DNA from: Bacteroides sp.
GTDB lineage: Bacteria; Bacillota; Clostridia; Oscillospirales; Acutalibacteraceae
DNA: 64,000 nt
NCBI GenBank assembly: GCA_023665085.1
Contig: JAMPEQ010000006.1
Coordinates: 79,495 to 143,494, forward strand
Direction of reading: 5' to 3'
Shown in pieces: positions 18,692 to 29,297 of this stretch. The notes beneath the pieces are model-generated. The model was not told where the DNA came from. It saw nothing but the letters and a program-made list of their open reading frames with translations, and did not search any database. The stretch's first letter is position 1, and each line of letters starts with the position of its first letter. Made by a program: the position numbers and the translations under genes.

Positions 18692-19347
18692 TGATGGCAT
18701 TAGCTTTTATTTTAATTGCTGTAATTTCTTATTTGCTTGGCAGTTTAAATTTTGGTGTTATTATTTCACATAAATTGAAAAATGATGATGTAAGAAATCA
18801 CGGCAGCGGTAATGCAGGCTCTACTAATATGCTTAGAAATTACGGCAAAGGTATTGCAGCTTTAACAATAATAGGCGATATGCTTAAGGTTGTTGTCGCT
18901 ATTCTTGTTTCATTTGCAATTATTTCATATGTACCAAATACTTTAGAACTTATTGAAGGCAGACCTGATTTTGACAAAGATATGTTTATAAAGTCTTATT
19001 CCGGTTTTTTTTGTGTATTAGGTCATATATTTCCTTGCTTTTTTAAATTTAAAGGCGGTAAAGGGGTTGCAACATCAGGCGGAATGGTTTTTGTTGTTGA
19101 CTGGCGTATTGCACTGATTTTACTTGCTGTTTTTATTATCGTTGTTTTAATTTCAAAATATGTATCTCTCGGCAGTATCGTGATGGCTCTGCTTTATCCT
19201 GTATTTATATTTGTTTTTCATAAAAGCTTGTTATTAACAGGTATAGCAGTTATTTTTACAATAATCGTTGTGACAGCTCACAGAGAGAATATTAAAAAAC
19301 TTATTAATCATACAGAAAGTAAAATAACAGATAAAAAGCAAAAATAG
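18691..19347 (+). CDS. plsY: glycerol-3-phosphate acyltransferase PlsY
   Basis: GSGNAGSTN and other PlsY motifs in a polytopic membrane protein. It carries an extra loop compared with typical 200-aa PlsY. Confidence 0.75.
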   Translation: MMALAFILIAVISYLLGSLNFGVIISHKLKNDDVRNHGSGNAGSTNMLRNYGKGIAALTIIGDMLKVVVAILVSFAIISYVPNTLELIEGRPDFDKDMFIKSYSGFFCVLGHIFPCFFKFKGGKGVATSGGMVFVVDWRIALILLAVFIIVVLISKYVSLGSIVMALLYPVFIFVFHKSLLLTGIAVIFTIIVVTAHRENIKKLINHTESKITDKKQK

Positions 19348-19350
19348 GCA

Positions 19351-19385
19351 AAAAATAAGCACCGACTTATGTCGGTGCATTTTTA
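19351..19385. terminator. bidirectional terminator between plsY and rpmB
   Basis: GCACCGAC-TTAT-GTCGGTGC stem with an A-run on one side and a T-run on the other. Confidence 0.65.
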
Positions 19386-19395
19386 TGCGAAACAA

Positions 19396-19581
19396 TTATG
19401 CTCTTTCAACCTTACCTGAGCGAAGACATCTTGTGCATACATAAACTCTTTTAGGAGAGCCGTTTACAATAGCCTTTACTTTTTTTATGTTAGGTTTCCA
19501 TGTTCTGTTTGATCTTCTGTGTGAGTGAGAAACCTGTATACCGAAAGAAACACCTTTTCCGCAGTATTCACATTTTGCCAT
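19396..19581 (-). CDS. rpmB: 50S ribosomal protein L28
   Basis: MAKCEYCGKG...SHSHRRSNRTWKPN is the canonical L28 sequence. AAGGAGGTG ribosome-binding site. Confidence 0.85.
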   Translation of the reverse strand: MAKCEYCGKGVSFGIQVSHSHRRSNRTWKPNIKKVKAIVNGSPKRVYVCTRCLRSGKVERA

Positions 19582-19702
19582 TTGCGAACACCTCCTTAAT
19601 AATTAGAACGCTGGTATAATAACACAATGCAAAAAAAATTTCAAGTCTTTTTTTCGTTTTTTCGCAAAAAGAGCCAAATTTTACTCTTTTTTATATAACT
19701 TA

Positions 19703-19731
19703 TTGATTTTGAATACTAAATTTAGTATAAT
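19703..19731 (+). promoter_or_regulatory. sigma-A promoter for recA
   Basis: TTGATT-17 bp-TATAAT about 30 nt upstream of the recA ribosome-binding site. Confidence 0.45.
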
Positions 19732-19763
19732 TAACAAGTAATATTTCTGGGAGGAAACTATAT

Positions 19764-20888
19764 ATGGCTTCTGATAAAAAAGCAGCATTAGAGTCTGCTA
19801 TGAAACAAATTGAAAAAAAATTCGGTGCAGGCGCAGTTATGCGTCTTGGCGAGAATTCCAGCCTTAAGGTTGATGCTATTTCAACCGGATCACTTACTCT
19901 TGATATTGCAACAGGTATCGGTGGTTTGCCAAAGGGAAGAATTGTTGAAATTTACGGACCTGAATCAAGCGGTAAAACAACACTTGCCCTTCATTGTATT
20001 GCTGAGGCTCAAAAGGCTGGCGGTACAGCAGCTTTTGTTGATGCCGAACATGCTCTTGATCCTATATATGCAACAAACCTTGGTGTAAATGTTGATGAGC
20101 TTTTGGTTGCACAGCCTGACTATGGTGAGCAGGCACTTGAAATCACAGAACAGCTTGTAAGCAGCGGTGCTATTGATTTAGTTGTAGTTGACTCTGTTGC
20201 CGCCCTTGTTCCAAAAAGTGAAATTGAAGGTGATATGGGCGATAATCATGTTGGTCAGCACGCAAGACTTATGTCTCAGGCTCTAAGAAAGCTTACAGGT
20301 ACTGCAAATAAGACAAATTGCATTATTATCTTTATTAACCAGCTTCGTGAAAAAATAGGTGTTATCTATGGTAATCCTGAGGTTACAACGGGTGGCCGTG
20401 CACTTAAGTTCTATTCATCAATTCGTATTGATGTAAGAAAGGCTGAGGCTCTCAAGAACGGAACTGAAATTATCGGTACAAGAACAAAAGCTAAGGTTGT
20501 AAAGAACAAGGTTGCACCTCCTTTTAAGGCTGCTGAATTTGATATTATGTATGGTGAAGGTATCAGCAAAGACGGAGAAATTCTTGATATGGCTGTTGAT
20601 TTTGATATTGTACATAAAGGCGGATCTTGGTTCTCTTATGGAGAAAGAAGACTTGGTCAGGGCAGAGATAACATTAAAGCTATGATTAAAAACGATCCTG
20701 AATTTGCAGCAGAGCTTGAAAAGAAGATTAGAGAAAAACTTGCAGAAATTCAGGCAGAGTCTTCACAGAAATACAGACCAAAGGCAGCTCCCATGGCAAA
20801 AACCGATAATGAGGCTGCACCTGTAAAAAATACAAGAGCGGCTGCCAAAGCAAAACTTGACATTGCTGTTGAGGATGACGACGATTAA
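19764..20888 (+). CDS. recA: recombinase RecA
   Basis: Canonical RecA Walker A (GPESSGKTT) and L1/L2 loops, with an acidic C-terminus. Confidence 0.9.
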   Translation: MASDKKAALESAMKQIEKKFGAGAVMRLGENSSLKVDAISTGSLTLDIATGIGGLPKGRIVEIYGPESSGKTTLALHCIAEAQKAGGTAAFVDAEHALDPIYATNLGVNVDELLVAQPDYGEQALEITEQLVSSGAIDLVVVDSVAALVPKSEIEGDMGDNHVGQHARLMSQALRKLTGTANKTNCIIIFINQLREKIGVIYGNPEVTTGGRALKFYSSIRIDVRKAEALKNGTEIIGTRTKAKVVKNKVAPPFKAAEFDIMYGEGISKDGEILDMAVDFDIVHKGGSWFSYGERRLGQGRDNIKAMIKNDPEFAAELEKKIREKLAEIQAESSQKYRPKAAPMAKTDNEAAPVKNTRAAAKAKLDIAVEDDDD

Positions 20889-21508
20889 TGATTATAAAGC
20901 ACCAGAGGGGCAGGGGAAACAAAATTCACCTGCTTCTTGATGATGAATATGCTGTTACCACTGATGTTAATTTTTGGATGGATCATTATATAAGCGATGG
21001 TACTGATATTGATGAAGATGAGTGGGAACATCTGCTTCAGGAAATAAATTACAAAAAAGCTCTTAACAAATGCGGAGACTTGCTTTCCAGACGTGATCAT
21101 TCTGTAAAGGAGCTGAAAATAAAGCTTCTTAGAACTGTTGATGAAAAAAGTGCTGACAAAGCAATCAACAGATATCTTGACGCCGGATATTTGGATGATG
21201 AAAAATATTGCCGTCGCCTTATTGAATATCTATTTAATGAAAAAAAGTATTCAAAAAGTCACGTTAGGCAGGAATGCTTTAAGCGTGGTATATCATCAGA
21301 TATCGTTAATGAAAAACTTCAGGAATTCTTTGATGAAAGTGATTATTCGTCTGAAGATGCAATTATAGGAATTATTTTAAACAAATATTCAGCTAAGCTT
21401 GAGAAAGATGACGGCAAACAAAAGGTTATTGCGGTTTTGATGAGAAAAGGCTTTAGCTATGGTGATATATGCTCTGCATTTTATAGGATAGAGAATGATG
21501 AAATATAA
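20888..21508 (+). CDS. recX: RecA regulator RecX
   Basis: Helical-repeat RecX-like protein immediately after recA, with overlapping stop and start. Confidence 0.6.
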   Translation: MIIKHQRGRGNKIHLLLDDEYAVTTDVNFWMDHYISDGTDIDEDEWEHLLQEINYKKALNKCGDLLSRRDHSVKELKIKLLRTVDEKSADKAINRYLDAGYLDDEKYCRRLIEYLFNEKKYSKSHVRQECFKRGISSDIVNEKLQEFFDESDYSSEDAIIGIILNKYSAKLEKDDGKQKVIAVLMRKGFSYGDICSAFYRIENDEI

Positions 21509-22817
21509 AGTAGGAATGATTTCACTGGGATGCCCGAAAAATCAGGTTGATGGTGAATTAATGCTTGAAAAACTGAATAAGAATGGTTTTGAAATATCAT
21601 CTTCTATTGAAGACAGCGATGTTATGATAATCAATACCTGCGGATTTATTGAGGATGCTAAGCGAGAGGCTATTGAAACAATTCTGGAAGTAGCTGAATA
21701 TAAAAATGCAGGACTTATTTCAGCGATAGTTGTTACAGGTTGTCTTGCCGAAAGATATCAGGAAGAAATTATAAAAGAAATTCCCGAAGTGGATTCTGTT
21801 ATCGGTATAGGTGCAGATAATGACATCGTTAAGATTGTTCAAAAGGCTGTAATCGGAATTTCAACAACCTTTTTCCCTGATAAGAAGTATCTGCTGCTTG
21901 AGGGTGACAGAATGCTCTCTACACCGCCTCATTGGGCGTATTTGAAGCTTAGTGACGGATGTGATAATAAGTGTTCGTATTGTGCTATTCCGGGCATCAG
22001 AGGCGGTTATATTGAAAGAACTATGGAAAGCATCATTGAAGAAGCTAATACTTTGGCTGACAGCGGAGTCAAAGAGCTGATACTCGTAGCGCAGGATACT
22101 ACAAAATACGGGATGAAGCTTTATGGTGAATATAAACTTGCTTCTTTGCTGAAAGAGCTTGTCAAAATTGACGGCATCCGCTGGATAAGACTTTATTATT
22201 GTTATCCTGATAGAGTTACGGATGAGCTTATTGAAGTTATTGCGAATGAGGATAAGATTTGTTCTTATATTGACATTCCTCTCCAGCATTGCAGTGAAAC
22301 TGTTCTTAAAAGTATGAACAGACCGGGTTCTTATTCTTATCTCAAGAATTTGATTTCAAAAATGAGATCTAAAATTCCTAACCTGTCACTCAGAACTACA
22401 TTTATGGTTGGTTTTCCCGGTGAAAGTGATGAGCAGTTTGAAGAACTTTGCCGTTTTATTAAAGATATTAAGTTTGACAAAATGGGATGCTTTGCTTTTT
22501 CACCGGAGGAAGATACTCCTGCATATGATTTTGAAAATCAAATTGAAGATGATGTAAAAAGACGAAGAGCTGAGGTAATCATGGATATTCAGTATTCAAT
22601 TACCGAAGAGTCCAATAAATCAAAAATAGGAAATGTTTATAATGCTGTTATAGACAGCTTCAGTGACGGAGCATACACTGCCAGGGCATATTTTGATTCG
22701 CCTGAAATTGACAGCGGAATTATTATAAATACCGATAAAAAACTTACCATTGGAGAATCTTATAATATAAAAATTATTGGTTTTGATGGTTATGATTTAA
22801 TAGGAGAACTAGTATGA
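21495..22817 (+). CDS. rimO: ribosomal protein S12 methylthiotransferase RimO (radical SAM)
   Basis: MTTase N-domain Cys triad, radical-SAM CDNKCSYC and a C-terminal TRAM domain. The N-terminus MISLGCPKNQVD is RimO-like. Confidence 0.75.
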   Translation: MMKYKVGMISLGCPKNQVDGELMLEKLNKNGFEISSSIEDSDVMIINTCGFIEDAKREAIETILEVAEYKNAGLISAIVVTGCLAERYQEEIIKEIPEVDSVIGIGADNDIVKIVQKAVIGISTTFFPDKKYLLLEGDRMLSTPPHWAYLKLSDGCDNKCSYCAIPGIRGGYIERTMESIIEEANTLADSGVKELILVAQDTTKYGMKLYGEYKLASLLKELVKIDGIRWIRLYYCYPDRVTDELIEVIANEDKICSYIDIPLQHCSETVLKSMNRPGSYSYLKNLISKMRSKIPNLSLRTTFMVGFPGESDEQFEELCRFIKDIKFDKMGCFAFSPEEDTPAYDFENQIEDDVKRRRAEVIMDIQYSITEESNKSKIGNVYNAVIDSFSDGAYTARAYFDSPEIDSGIIINTDKKLTIGESYNIKIIGFDGYDLIGELV

Positions 22818-23380
22818 ATTTACCAAATAAAATAACTGTTTTCAGATTTTGCTGTATTCCTCTTTTGATGGCTTTTGCATTTATTGAGTTTCAGTATCAC
22901 TGGGTGGCAGCATTAATTGTTTATTTTGTTGCCTGTATGAGTGATAAGGCTGATGGTATTATTGCACGAAAGCAGGGTATTGTTACTGATTTCGGTAAGC
23001 TTATGGATCCTCTTTCGGATAAAAGCTTGGTTTTTGCTGCTTATCTTATATTAATTAAACTTGGATGGCATACAGATATTTGCATAATGCTTATGCTTGC
23101 AAGAGAATTTCTTGTTGCAGGTATTAGAATGGCGGCGGCAACAACGGGTGAAGTAATTGCTGCAAACGCTTTTGGCAAATGCAAAACATTTTTACAAATG
23201 TCAACAACAGGACTGGCATTCCTTTTCCTTGCTATAGGCGAGGGTTCTGCAAATATTGATATGACTACACCGTGGCTTAATATTTACTGTACAATTGCAT
23301 TTTGGGTTGTAGCAGTAGTGACTGTATTAAGCGGTATTGTGTATGCTAAGGATGGCTGGCATCTTATAAAAACAAAATAA
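22814..23380 (+). CDS. pgsA: CDP-diacylglycerol--glycerol-3-phosphate 3-phosphatidyltransferase
   Basis: CDP-alcohol phosphatidyltransferase motif (D..DG...AR......G...D...D) in a polytopic membrane protein. Confidence 0.75.
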   Translation: MNLPNKITVFRFCCIPLLMAFAFIEFQYHWVAALIVYFVACMSDKADGIIARKQGIVTDFGKLMDPLSDKSLVFAAYLILIKLGWHTDICIMLMLAREFLVAGIRMAAATTGEVIAANAFGKCKTFLQMSTTGLAFLFLAIGEGSANIDMTTPWLNIYCTIAFWVVAVVTVLSGIVYAKDGWHLIKTK

Positions 23381-23383
23381 TTG

Positions 23384-23411
23384 TTGCATTTTTCCTTAGA
23401 ATAGATATAAT
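23384..23411 (+). promoter_or_regulatory. sigma-A promoter of the cysE-cysS leader
   Basis: TTGCAT-16 bp-TATAAT. Confidence 0.5.
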
Positions 23412-23417
23412 ATTAGT

Positions 23418-23660
23418 GATAGGTAAAAACTGTGACGGAGATAAGTAATTAAATCCTTCTTTTTCAGAGAGCAGACTGTTTGCTGAAATGTCTGTATCAG
23501 AAGCTTAATGAAATGCACTCTTGAGTTGCACAAATGAATCTAGTATTTTGTGTCGGCAGGATCCGTTAAAATCCAAAGCTGTTATAATGCAGTTGAGTAT
23601 AAACAAGAGTGGAACCGCAGTAATTTATTGCCTCTGTCAAACGACAGGGGCTTATTTTTT
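23418..23660 (+). promoter_or_regulatory. T-box riboswitch leader, putative Cys (UGC) specifier, controlling cysE-cysS
   Basis: AGAGAG (AG box). A candidate specifier GAAAUGCAC. The T-box sequence AGAGUGGAACCGCAG at about 23603-23620 matches AANNNGGGUGGNACCGCG. An intrinsic terminator CCTCTGTC-AAAC-GACAGGGG with a U-run lies just before the cysE ribosome-binding site. Confidence 0.7.
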
Positions 23661-23671
23661 TGGAGGTATTT

Positions 23672-24313
23672 ATGTTTGATTCTTATAGAGAAGATATAAG
23701 AAGCTTTATGGAACACGATCCGGCTGCAAGAAGTCCAATTGAAATAATTTTGCTTTATCCGGGTTTTAAAGCATTAAGAAGTCATAAAAAAGCACACTGG
23801 TTTCTAGAGCATAATATGCCTTTTATAGCCAGATTAATCAGTCAGAGAAGTGCACATAAAACAGGTATAGAAATCCATCCGGGAGCAACTATAGGGAAAA
23901 GAGTTTGCATAGATCACGGAAGCGGAATTGTAATAGGTGAAACCTGCGAAATCGGCGATGATGTAATGATTTATCAGGGTGTTACGTTAGGCGGCACCGG
24001 TAAGGATGTCGGTAAGCGTCATCCAACCATTGAAAGTGGTGTAATGATTGGCTCAGGTGCAAAAGTCCTCGGTCCTATAACTATAGGGCGAAATGCAAAG
24101 GTAGCTGCTGGTGCGGTTGTTGTAAAGGATGTTGATCCTAACTGTACAGTGGTAGGAGTACCCGGTGAAATTGTAAGAATTGACGGTGAAAGAGTCGATG
24201 ACTTAGATCAGATTCATATTCCTGATCCTGTCATGAATGCAATAGAAAATAATCAAGCTAAGATTAAAGTGCTTGAAGAAGAAATAATTAAACTTAAGGA
24301 GAACTTAAAATGA
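23672..24313 (+). CDS. cysE: serine O-acetyltransferase
   Basis: SATase N-domain with left-handed beta-helix hexapeptide repeats. GGAGG ribosome-binding site precedes ATG 23672; the track start is TTG. Confidence 0.8.
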   Translation: MFDSYREDIRSFMEHDPAARSPIEIILLYPGFKALRSHKKAHWFLEHNMPFIARLISQRSAHKTGIEIHPGATIGKRVCIDHGSGIVIGETCEIGDDVMIYQGVTLGGTGKDVGKRHPTIESGVMIGSGAKVLGPITIGRNAKVAAGAVVVKDVDPNCTVVGVPGEIVRIDGERVDDLDQIHIPDPVMNAIENNQAKIKVLEEEIIKLKENLK

Positions 24314-25701
24314 AGATTTTTAATACTATGTCGCGTCAAAAGGAAGAATTTGTTCCTGTTGACAAAAACGAAGTTAAGATTTATGCATGCGGTCCTACCG
24401 TATATAATTTTATTCATATTGGTAATGCAAGGCCTCTTTGTGTTTTTGATGTACTGCGCAGATATCTGGAGTACCGCGGATATAATGTTAAATTTGTTCA
24501 GAACTTTACCGATGTGGATGACAAGATTATTAACAGAGCAAATGAGGAAAACAGTACTTTTGAAGAAATTTCAAAGAAATATATTGAAGAATTCTGGACA
24601 GATGCTCATGGTTTGAATTTTAAGGATGCAACCGTTCATCCAAAGGCTACAGAAAATATTGATGAAATTATTGATATAATTAAAGCATTGGAAGAAAAAG
24701 GCTATGCTTATGCAGTAAACGGTGATGTTTACTTCAGAACTCTAAAATTCAAGGAATACGGCAAGCTTAGCCATCAGCCTATTGAGGATTTGCAGAGCGG
24801 TGCAAGAATAGCAGTAGGTGATATTAAAGAAGATCCTTTGGATTTTGCTCTTTGGAAGGGTGCAAAGGAGGGAGAGCCTTACTGGGATTCTCCTTGGGGA
24901 AAAGGTCGTCCCGGCTGGCATATTGAATGCTCAGCAATGAACAGAAGATATCTGGGAAAGACTATTGATATTCATTGCGGCGGTCAGGATTTGATATTCC
25001 CTCATCATGAAAATGAAATTGCGCAGAGTGAATGTGCAAACGGCTGTACATTTTCAAAATACTGGATGCATAACGGCTATATCAATGTTGATAATGTTAA
25101 GATGAGTAAATCTCTCGGCAATTTTAAAACTGTTAGAGAAATTGCAGATGTTTACGGATATGAGGTAATAAGATATTTTCTCATTTCATCACACTATCGT
25201 TCACCAATCAACTATAATCTTGAAATTATTGAACAGTGTAAATCTGCACTTGATAGACTATATACATGTCGTGAGAGCCTTGATTTCGCCCTTAAAAACG
25301 CAGTTGATAAAGAAACTGATGAAGAGCTTGTAAAGCTTTTGAACAGCCGCAGAGAACAGTTTATTGCTGCTATGGATGATGACTTGAACACCGCAGACGG
25401 AATTGCAGCTGTTTTTGAGCTTGTTAAGGATATTAATACAAAAATTCTTGATAAAAATGTATCTAAGATTGTTTGCGAAACTGCAGTAAAGGTGTTTGAT
25501 GAACTTTGCGATGTTCTTGGTCTTCTTTACAATCGCAAGTCTAATGACCTTGATTCTGAAATTGAGGAGCTTATTAATAAAAGACAAGAGGCTAGAGCTA
25601 ATAAAAATTGGGCTGTTGCAGATCAAATTCGTGATGATTTAAAAGCAAGAGGAATTATTCTTAAGGATACACCGCAGGGAGTTACCTGGAGTAAGGAGTA
25701 A
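24310..25701 (+). CDS. cysS: cysteinyl-tRNA synthetase
   Basis: Class I HIGH (HIGN) and KMSKS motifs, Zn-binding Cys, and conserved gene order after cysE. Confidence 0.9.
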   Translation: MKIFNTMSRQKEEFVPVDKNEVKIYACGPTVYNFIHIGNARPLCVFDVLRRYLEYRGYNVKFVQNFTDVDDKIINRANEENSTFEEISKKYIEEFWTDAHGLNFKDATVHPKATENIDEIIDIIKALEEKGYAYAVNGDVYFRTLKFKEYGKLSHQPIEDLQSGARIAVGDIKEDPLDFALWKGAKEGEPYWDSPWGKGRPGWHIECSAMNRRYLGKTIDIHCGGQDLIFPHHENEIAQSECANGCTFSKYWMHNGYINVDNVKMSKSLGNFKTVREIADVYGYEVIRYFLISSHYRSPINYNLEIIEQCKSALDRLYTCRESLDFALKNAVDKETDEELVKLLNSRREQFIAAMDDDLNTADGIAAVFELVKDINTKILDKNVSKIVCETAVKVFDELCDVLGLLYNRKSNDLDSEIEELINKRQEARANKNWAVADQIRDDLKARGIILKDTPQGVTWSKE

Positions 25702-25705
25702 ACAA

Positions 25706-26839
25706 ATGATAGATAGAAGAAAATTTAAAGATACTGAAATATCACTGCTTGGTCTCGGCACTATGCGTCTGCCTTGTAAAACACCTCTTAAAAGAGAAGC
25801 TAATCCTTTGATTCATTATGAAAAAGGACAAAAGCTTGTTGACATAGCATATAAAAATGGTATTAATTACTTTGATACTGCATATATGTATCATGCCGGA
25901 AAAAGTGAAAAATTTATTGGTACAGCTTTGAAAAAATACCCGAGGGAAAGCTATTATCTTGCAGATAAGCTGCCTATCTGGCTTTGCCCTAAGAAAAGTG
26001 ATATGGAAAAGGTGTTTAATAAACAGCTTGAAAGAACCGGTCACGACTATTTTGATTTTTATCTTCTTCATTCGCTTAACAAAGAAAACTTTGATAAGTG
26101 TGAAAAATTCGGTGCTTATGATTTCCTTTTAGAAAAGCAAAAGCAGGGTAAAATAAAAAATATTGGCTTTTCTTTCCATGGTACTATTGACGATCTTAAT
26201 CGAATAGTGAAAGCTCATCACTGGGACTTTGCACAAATTCAGATGAATTATCTTGACTGGAAAAATCAGTCAGCAGATATGCAGTATCAGATTTTGACAG
26301 GTGCAGGTATTCCTGTTATTGTTATGGAACCTGTTCGCGGCGGAAAGCTGGCTGAAGTGCCAAATGATATAGAAGCTATGTTTAAAAAAGCTAAACCTGA
26401 TAAAAGCGTTGCTTCATGGGCAATCAGTTTTGTTGCAAGTCATTCCAATGTTCTTACGATTCTCAGCGGAATGAATTCCGTAGAACAGCTTAATGATAAT
26501 ATTAATACTCTTACTGATTTTGAAATGTTCAGCGAAACAGAGCTTAATATATGCAGTAATGCTGCTGCAATGCTAAATAAAAACGATATTGTGCCATGTA
26601 CGAGCTGTGACTATTGTGCAGACTGCCCTAAGGGTGTTAAAATAAGTTCAATTTTTTCTGCATATAATAAGGCGAAGACTGTAGACAAGAGTAAAGCATT
26701 TGATGAATATAATTCTATTGATGTTAAGGCTGACGAATGCATAGCCTGCGGTAAATGCAAGGGACATTGTCCGCAGAGCATTGACATTCCTTCTATTATG
26801 AAGAATGAAGTATTAAATCTTTTTAATAAGGGTATATAA
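25706..26839 (+). CDS. aldo/keto reductase fused to a C-terminal 4Fe-4S ferredoxin-like domain
   Basis: AKR TIM-barrel motifs (DTAYMY) plus two CxxCxxC(xxx)CP clusters near the C-terminus. Confidence 0.65.
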   Translation: MIDRRKFKDTEISLLGLGTMRLPCKTPLKREANPLIHYEKGQKLVDIAYKNGINYFDTAYMYHAGKSEKFIGTALKKYPRESYYLADKLPIWLCPKKSDMEKVFNKQLERTGHDYFDFYLLHSLNKENFDKCEKFGAYDFLLEKQKQGKIKNIGFSFHGTIDDLNRIVKAHHWDFAQIQMNYLDWKNQSADMQYQILTGAGIPVIVMEPVRGGKLAEVPNDIEAMFKKAKPDKSVASWAISFVASHSNVLTILSGMNSVEQLNDNINTLTDFEMFSETELNICSNAAAMLNKNDIVPCTSCDYCADCPKGVKISSIFSAYNKAKTVDKSKAFDEYNSIDVKADECIACGKCKGHCPQSIDIPSIMKNEVLNLFNKGI

Positions 26840-26948
26840 TATGACGAATAAAATCTTCAATAACGAAACTTATAATTGTTTGTGAAGATGCAGATTATTC
26901 TTATTTTATCTCACTCTTAAATTTCATGTTTGATGAGAAAAAATTAAA

Positions 26949-27518
26949 ATGACAAACGTATATTTTATAAGGCATGCTGAACCTAATTACAATAATCATG
27001 ATGATATGTCAAGAGAACTTTCTGATAAAGGCATGCATGACAGGAAGCTTGTTAGCGATTTTTTATTAAATAAGCATATTGATATTGTATTTTCAAGTCC
27101 TTATAAACGAGCAATTGATACAATATATGATTTTGCAAGAACGGTGAATTTAGATATTGAAATTATAGAAGATTTTAGAGAACGCAAAGTTGGCAGTGAT
27201 TGGATATCTGAGTTTAATACATTTTGCAAGAAACAGTGGAAAAATTTTAATTTCAAATTATCCGATGGAGAAAGTTTGAATGAAGTACAAAGCAGAAATA
27301 TCAAAGCATTAAATAATATAATAGAACTTTATACAGGGAAAAATATTGTAATTGGAAGTCATGGAACTGCATTAAGCACTATTATCAATTATTATGATAA
27401 AACATTTGGATATGATGATTTTCAAAAAATCAAAAACATAATGCCGTGGATAGTGAAATTCACTTTTAATGATAATGCTTGTATTAATATTCAGCAGTAT
27501 AATTTATTTGAACTTTAA
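26949..27518 (+). CDS. histidine phosphatase (phosphoglycerate mutase) family protein
   Basis: N-terminal RHAE (RHG-type catalytic His) and a downstream His (GSHG). Confidence 0.6.
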   Translation: MTNVYFIRHAEPNYNNHDDMSRELSDKGMHDRKLVSDFLLNKHIDIVFSSPYKRAIDTIYDFARTVNLDIEIIEDFRERKVGSDWISEFNTFCKKQWKNFNFKLSDGESLNEVQSRNIKALNNIIELYTGKNIVIGSHGTALSTIINYYDKTFGYDDFQKIKNIMPWIVKFTFNDNACINIQQYNLFEL

Positions 27519-27550
27519 ATTATGCAAACTTCAATTTGAATAGTTTTAAC

Positions 27551-27586
27551 AAAAAAAACGCGAACAAAATGTTCGCGTTTTACTTT
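27551..27586. terminator. bidirectional terminator between the phosphatase gene and dapB
   Basis: CGCGAAC-AAAAT-GTTCGCG stem flanked by an A-run and a T-run. Confidence 0.7.
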
Positions 27587-27608
27587 TGTGTATTTTGATA
27601 TTTTGTTG

Positions 27609-28364
27609 TTAATTATTAATAAGTTCTTTCATATCATAGAGTCCGGCGCCTTTACCTGTCATATAAACAGCAGCATTAACAGCACCTACTGCAAAAATCT
27701 CTTTGCTTCTTGCAGAATGTGATAAAGTTATTATTTCATCTCTGCCTGCAAAAATAATATCATGTTCGCCGACTATAGTGCCGCCGCGAATTGCATGCAA
27801 ACCGATTTCATTTTTTGTTCTTTTTTCACGCTTTGAATGACGGTCATATTCATATTTCATAGGCTCAGCAGTGACCTCACACATTGCATCTGCAAGCATC
27901 AATGCAGTTCCGCTTGGGGCATCGATTTTTTGATTATGATGTTTTTCTACAATCTCAATATCAAAATCACTGCCAAGAACTTCAACTGCTTTTTTTGCAA
28001 GATTAGCCAAAAGATTAATACCCATACTCATATTATATGTAAAGAATATAGGTGATTTTTCTGAGGCAGATTTAATTTGTTCCTTCTGCTCGTCATTATA
28101 ACCGGTTGTGGCAATGATGAGGGGAGTGCCTGTTTTTTCTGAATATTCAAGAAGATCATTAAGAAGAACAGGATTTGAAAAATCTATAATCGCATCTGCC
28201 TGCTCTTTTACTTCGGAAAGTGAAGAATAAATCGGAAATCTGTCGTTGCTTTCAATGTTCAAATCAATTCCTGCAACAATCTCACAGTCATCTCTGCCAT
28301 CAACGACATTTTGGATGACCTTGCCCATTTTTCCGTTTGCTCCGGTTATAATAATTTTTGTCAT
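27609..28364 (-). CDS. dapB: 4-hydroxy-tetrahydrodipicolinate reductase
   Basis: N-terminal Rossmann GANGKMG and DapB C-terminal motifs (HHxxKxDxPSGTA). Confidence 0.85.
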   Translation of the reverse strand: MTKIIITGANGKMGKVIQNVVDGRDDCEIVAGIDLNIESNDRFPIYSSLSEVKEQADAIIDFSNPVLLNDLLEYSEKTGTPLIIATTGYNDEQKEQIKSASEKSPIFFTYNMSMGINLLANLAKKAVEVLGSDFDIEIVEKHHNQKIDAPSGTALMLADAMCEVTAEPMKYEYDRHSKREKRTKNEIGLHAIRGGTIVGEHDIIFAGRDEIITLSHSARSKEIFAVGAVNAAVYMTGKGAGLYDMKELINN

Positions 28365-28386
28365 TTTATAATTCCTCGAAAATTTT

Positions 28387-29277
28387 TTATTTTATTAATC
28401 CGTATTCCTCAAGAGTTTCTTTTACATACGCTTTGTTGTTTTCATCCATTTCAAGAAGTGGAAGTCTTACCGGACCGGCATTAAAGCCAATCATTGAAAC
28501 AGCTTCTTTCACAGGAATAGGATTTACATCAACAAACATTGCCTTAGCAAGCTTCATATACTTATCCATAAGCTTTTTGCTTTCTTCCTTGTTGCCGTTA
28601 AGATAATTCTGAACAATATCATGTGTTTCCTGGGGCAAGATATTTGAAAGCACGCTTATAACACCTTTACCGCCAAGTTCCATGAGATCATAAATCTGAT
28701 CATCATTACCGCTCCAGATGTTTAACTCATCACCGCAAAGTTCTGCGATTTTTGCAACTTGCTCAAGATTGCCTGATGCTTCCTTAATGCCATTAATTCT
28801 TGGTAGTTTAGAAAGCTCCTTTGCTGTTTCCGGAGCAATATTTAATCCTGTTCTTGATGGAACATTGTAAAGAATAATAGGAAGATTTGTAGCGTCATGA
28901 ATTGCTGTGTAATGAGCAATCAAACCCCTCTGGCTTGTTTTATTATAGTAAGGGGTAACAAGTAAGAGTGCATCAGCACCTGCATCACATGCTTCTCTGC
29001 TGATTTCAATTGCACAAGCAGTTGAGTTAGAGCCTGTACCTGCAATAACAGGAACTCTTCCGTTTACATATTTTACACACCATTTGATTGCTTCGTTGTG
29101 TTCTACAACCTTAAGTGTTGATGATTCTCCTGTTGTTCCGCAAACTACAATAGCATCTGTGCCGTTTTCAATCTGGAAATCAATGAATTTTCCGAATTCA
29201 TCATAATTTACTGTGCCGTCTTCATTCATAGGAGTGATGATAGCAACACCAGCACCTGTAAAAATTGGTTCTTTCAT
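28387..29277 (-). CDS. dapA: 4-hydroxy-tetrahydrodipicolinate synthase
   Basis: DapA/NAL family; Schiff-base Lys region. AAGGAGAG ribosome-binding site 7 nt before ATG (MKEPIFTG); the track N-terminus starts at an upstream TTG. Confidence 0.85.
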   Translation of the reverse strand: MKEPIFTGAGVAIITPMNEDGTVNYDEFGKFIDFQIENGTDAIVVCGTTGESSTLKVVEHNEAIKWCVKYVNGRVPVIAGTGSNSTACAIEISREACDAGADALLLVTPYYNKTSQRGLIAHYTAIHDATNLPIILYNVPSRTGLNIAPETAKELSKLPRINGIKEASGNLEQVAKIAELCGDELNIWSGNDDQIYDLMELGGKGVISVLSNILPQETHDIVQNYLNGNKEESKKLMDKYMKLAKAMFVDVNPIPVKEAVSMIGFNAGPVRLPLLEMDENNKAYVKETLEEYGLIK

Positions 29278-29297
29278 AAGTATTCTCTCCTTCAAAA

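Noticed and set aside
19596-19625. AGAACGCTGGTATAAT upstream of recA considered as a LexA box
   Set aside because: Only one good GAAC half-site is present. The segment is the leader and ribosome-binding-site region of the divergent rpmB gene. The better recA promoter, TTGATT-17-TATAAT, lies further downstream, and no convincing Cheo box was found.
27559-27577. CGCGAACAAAATGTTCGCG looks like a LexA/Cheo box (CGAAC...GTTCG)
   Set aside because: The half-sites are separated by 5 nt rather than 4. The element sits between two convergent gene ends and is flanked by an A-run and a T-run, so it is a bidirectional terminator, not an SOS operator.
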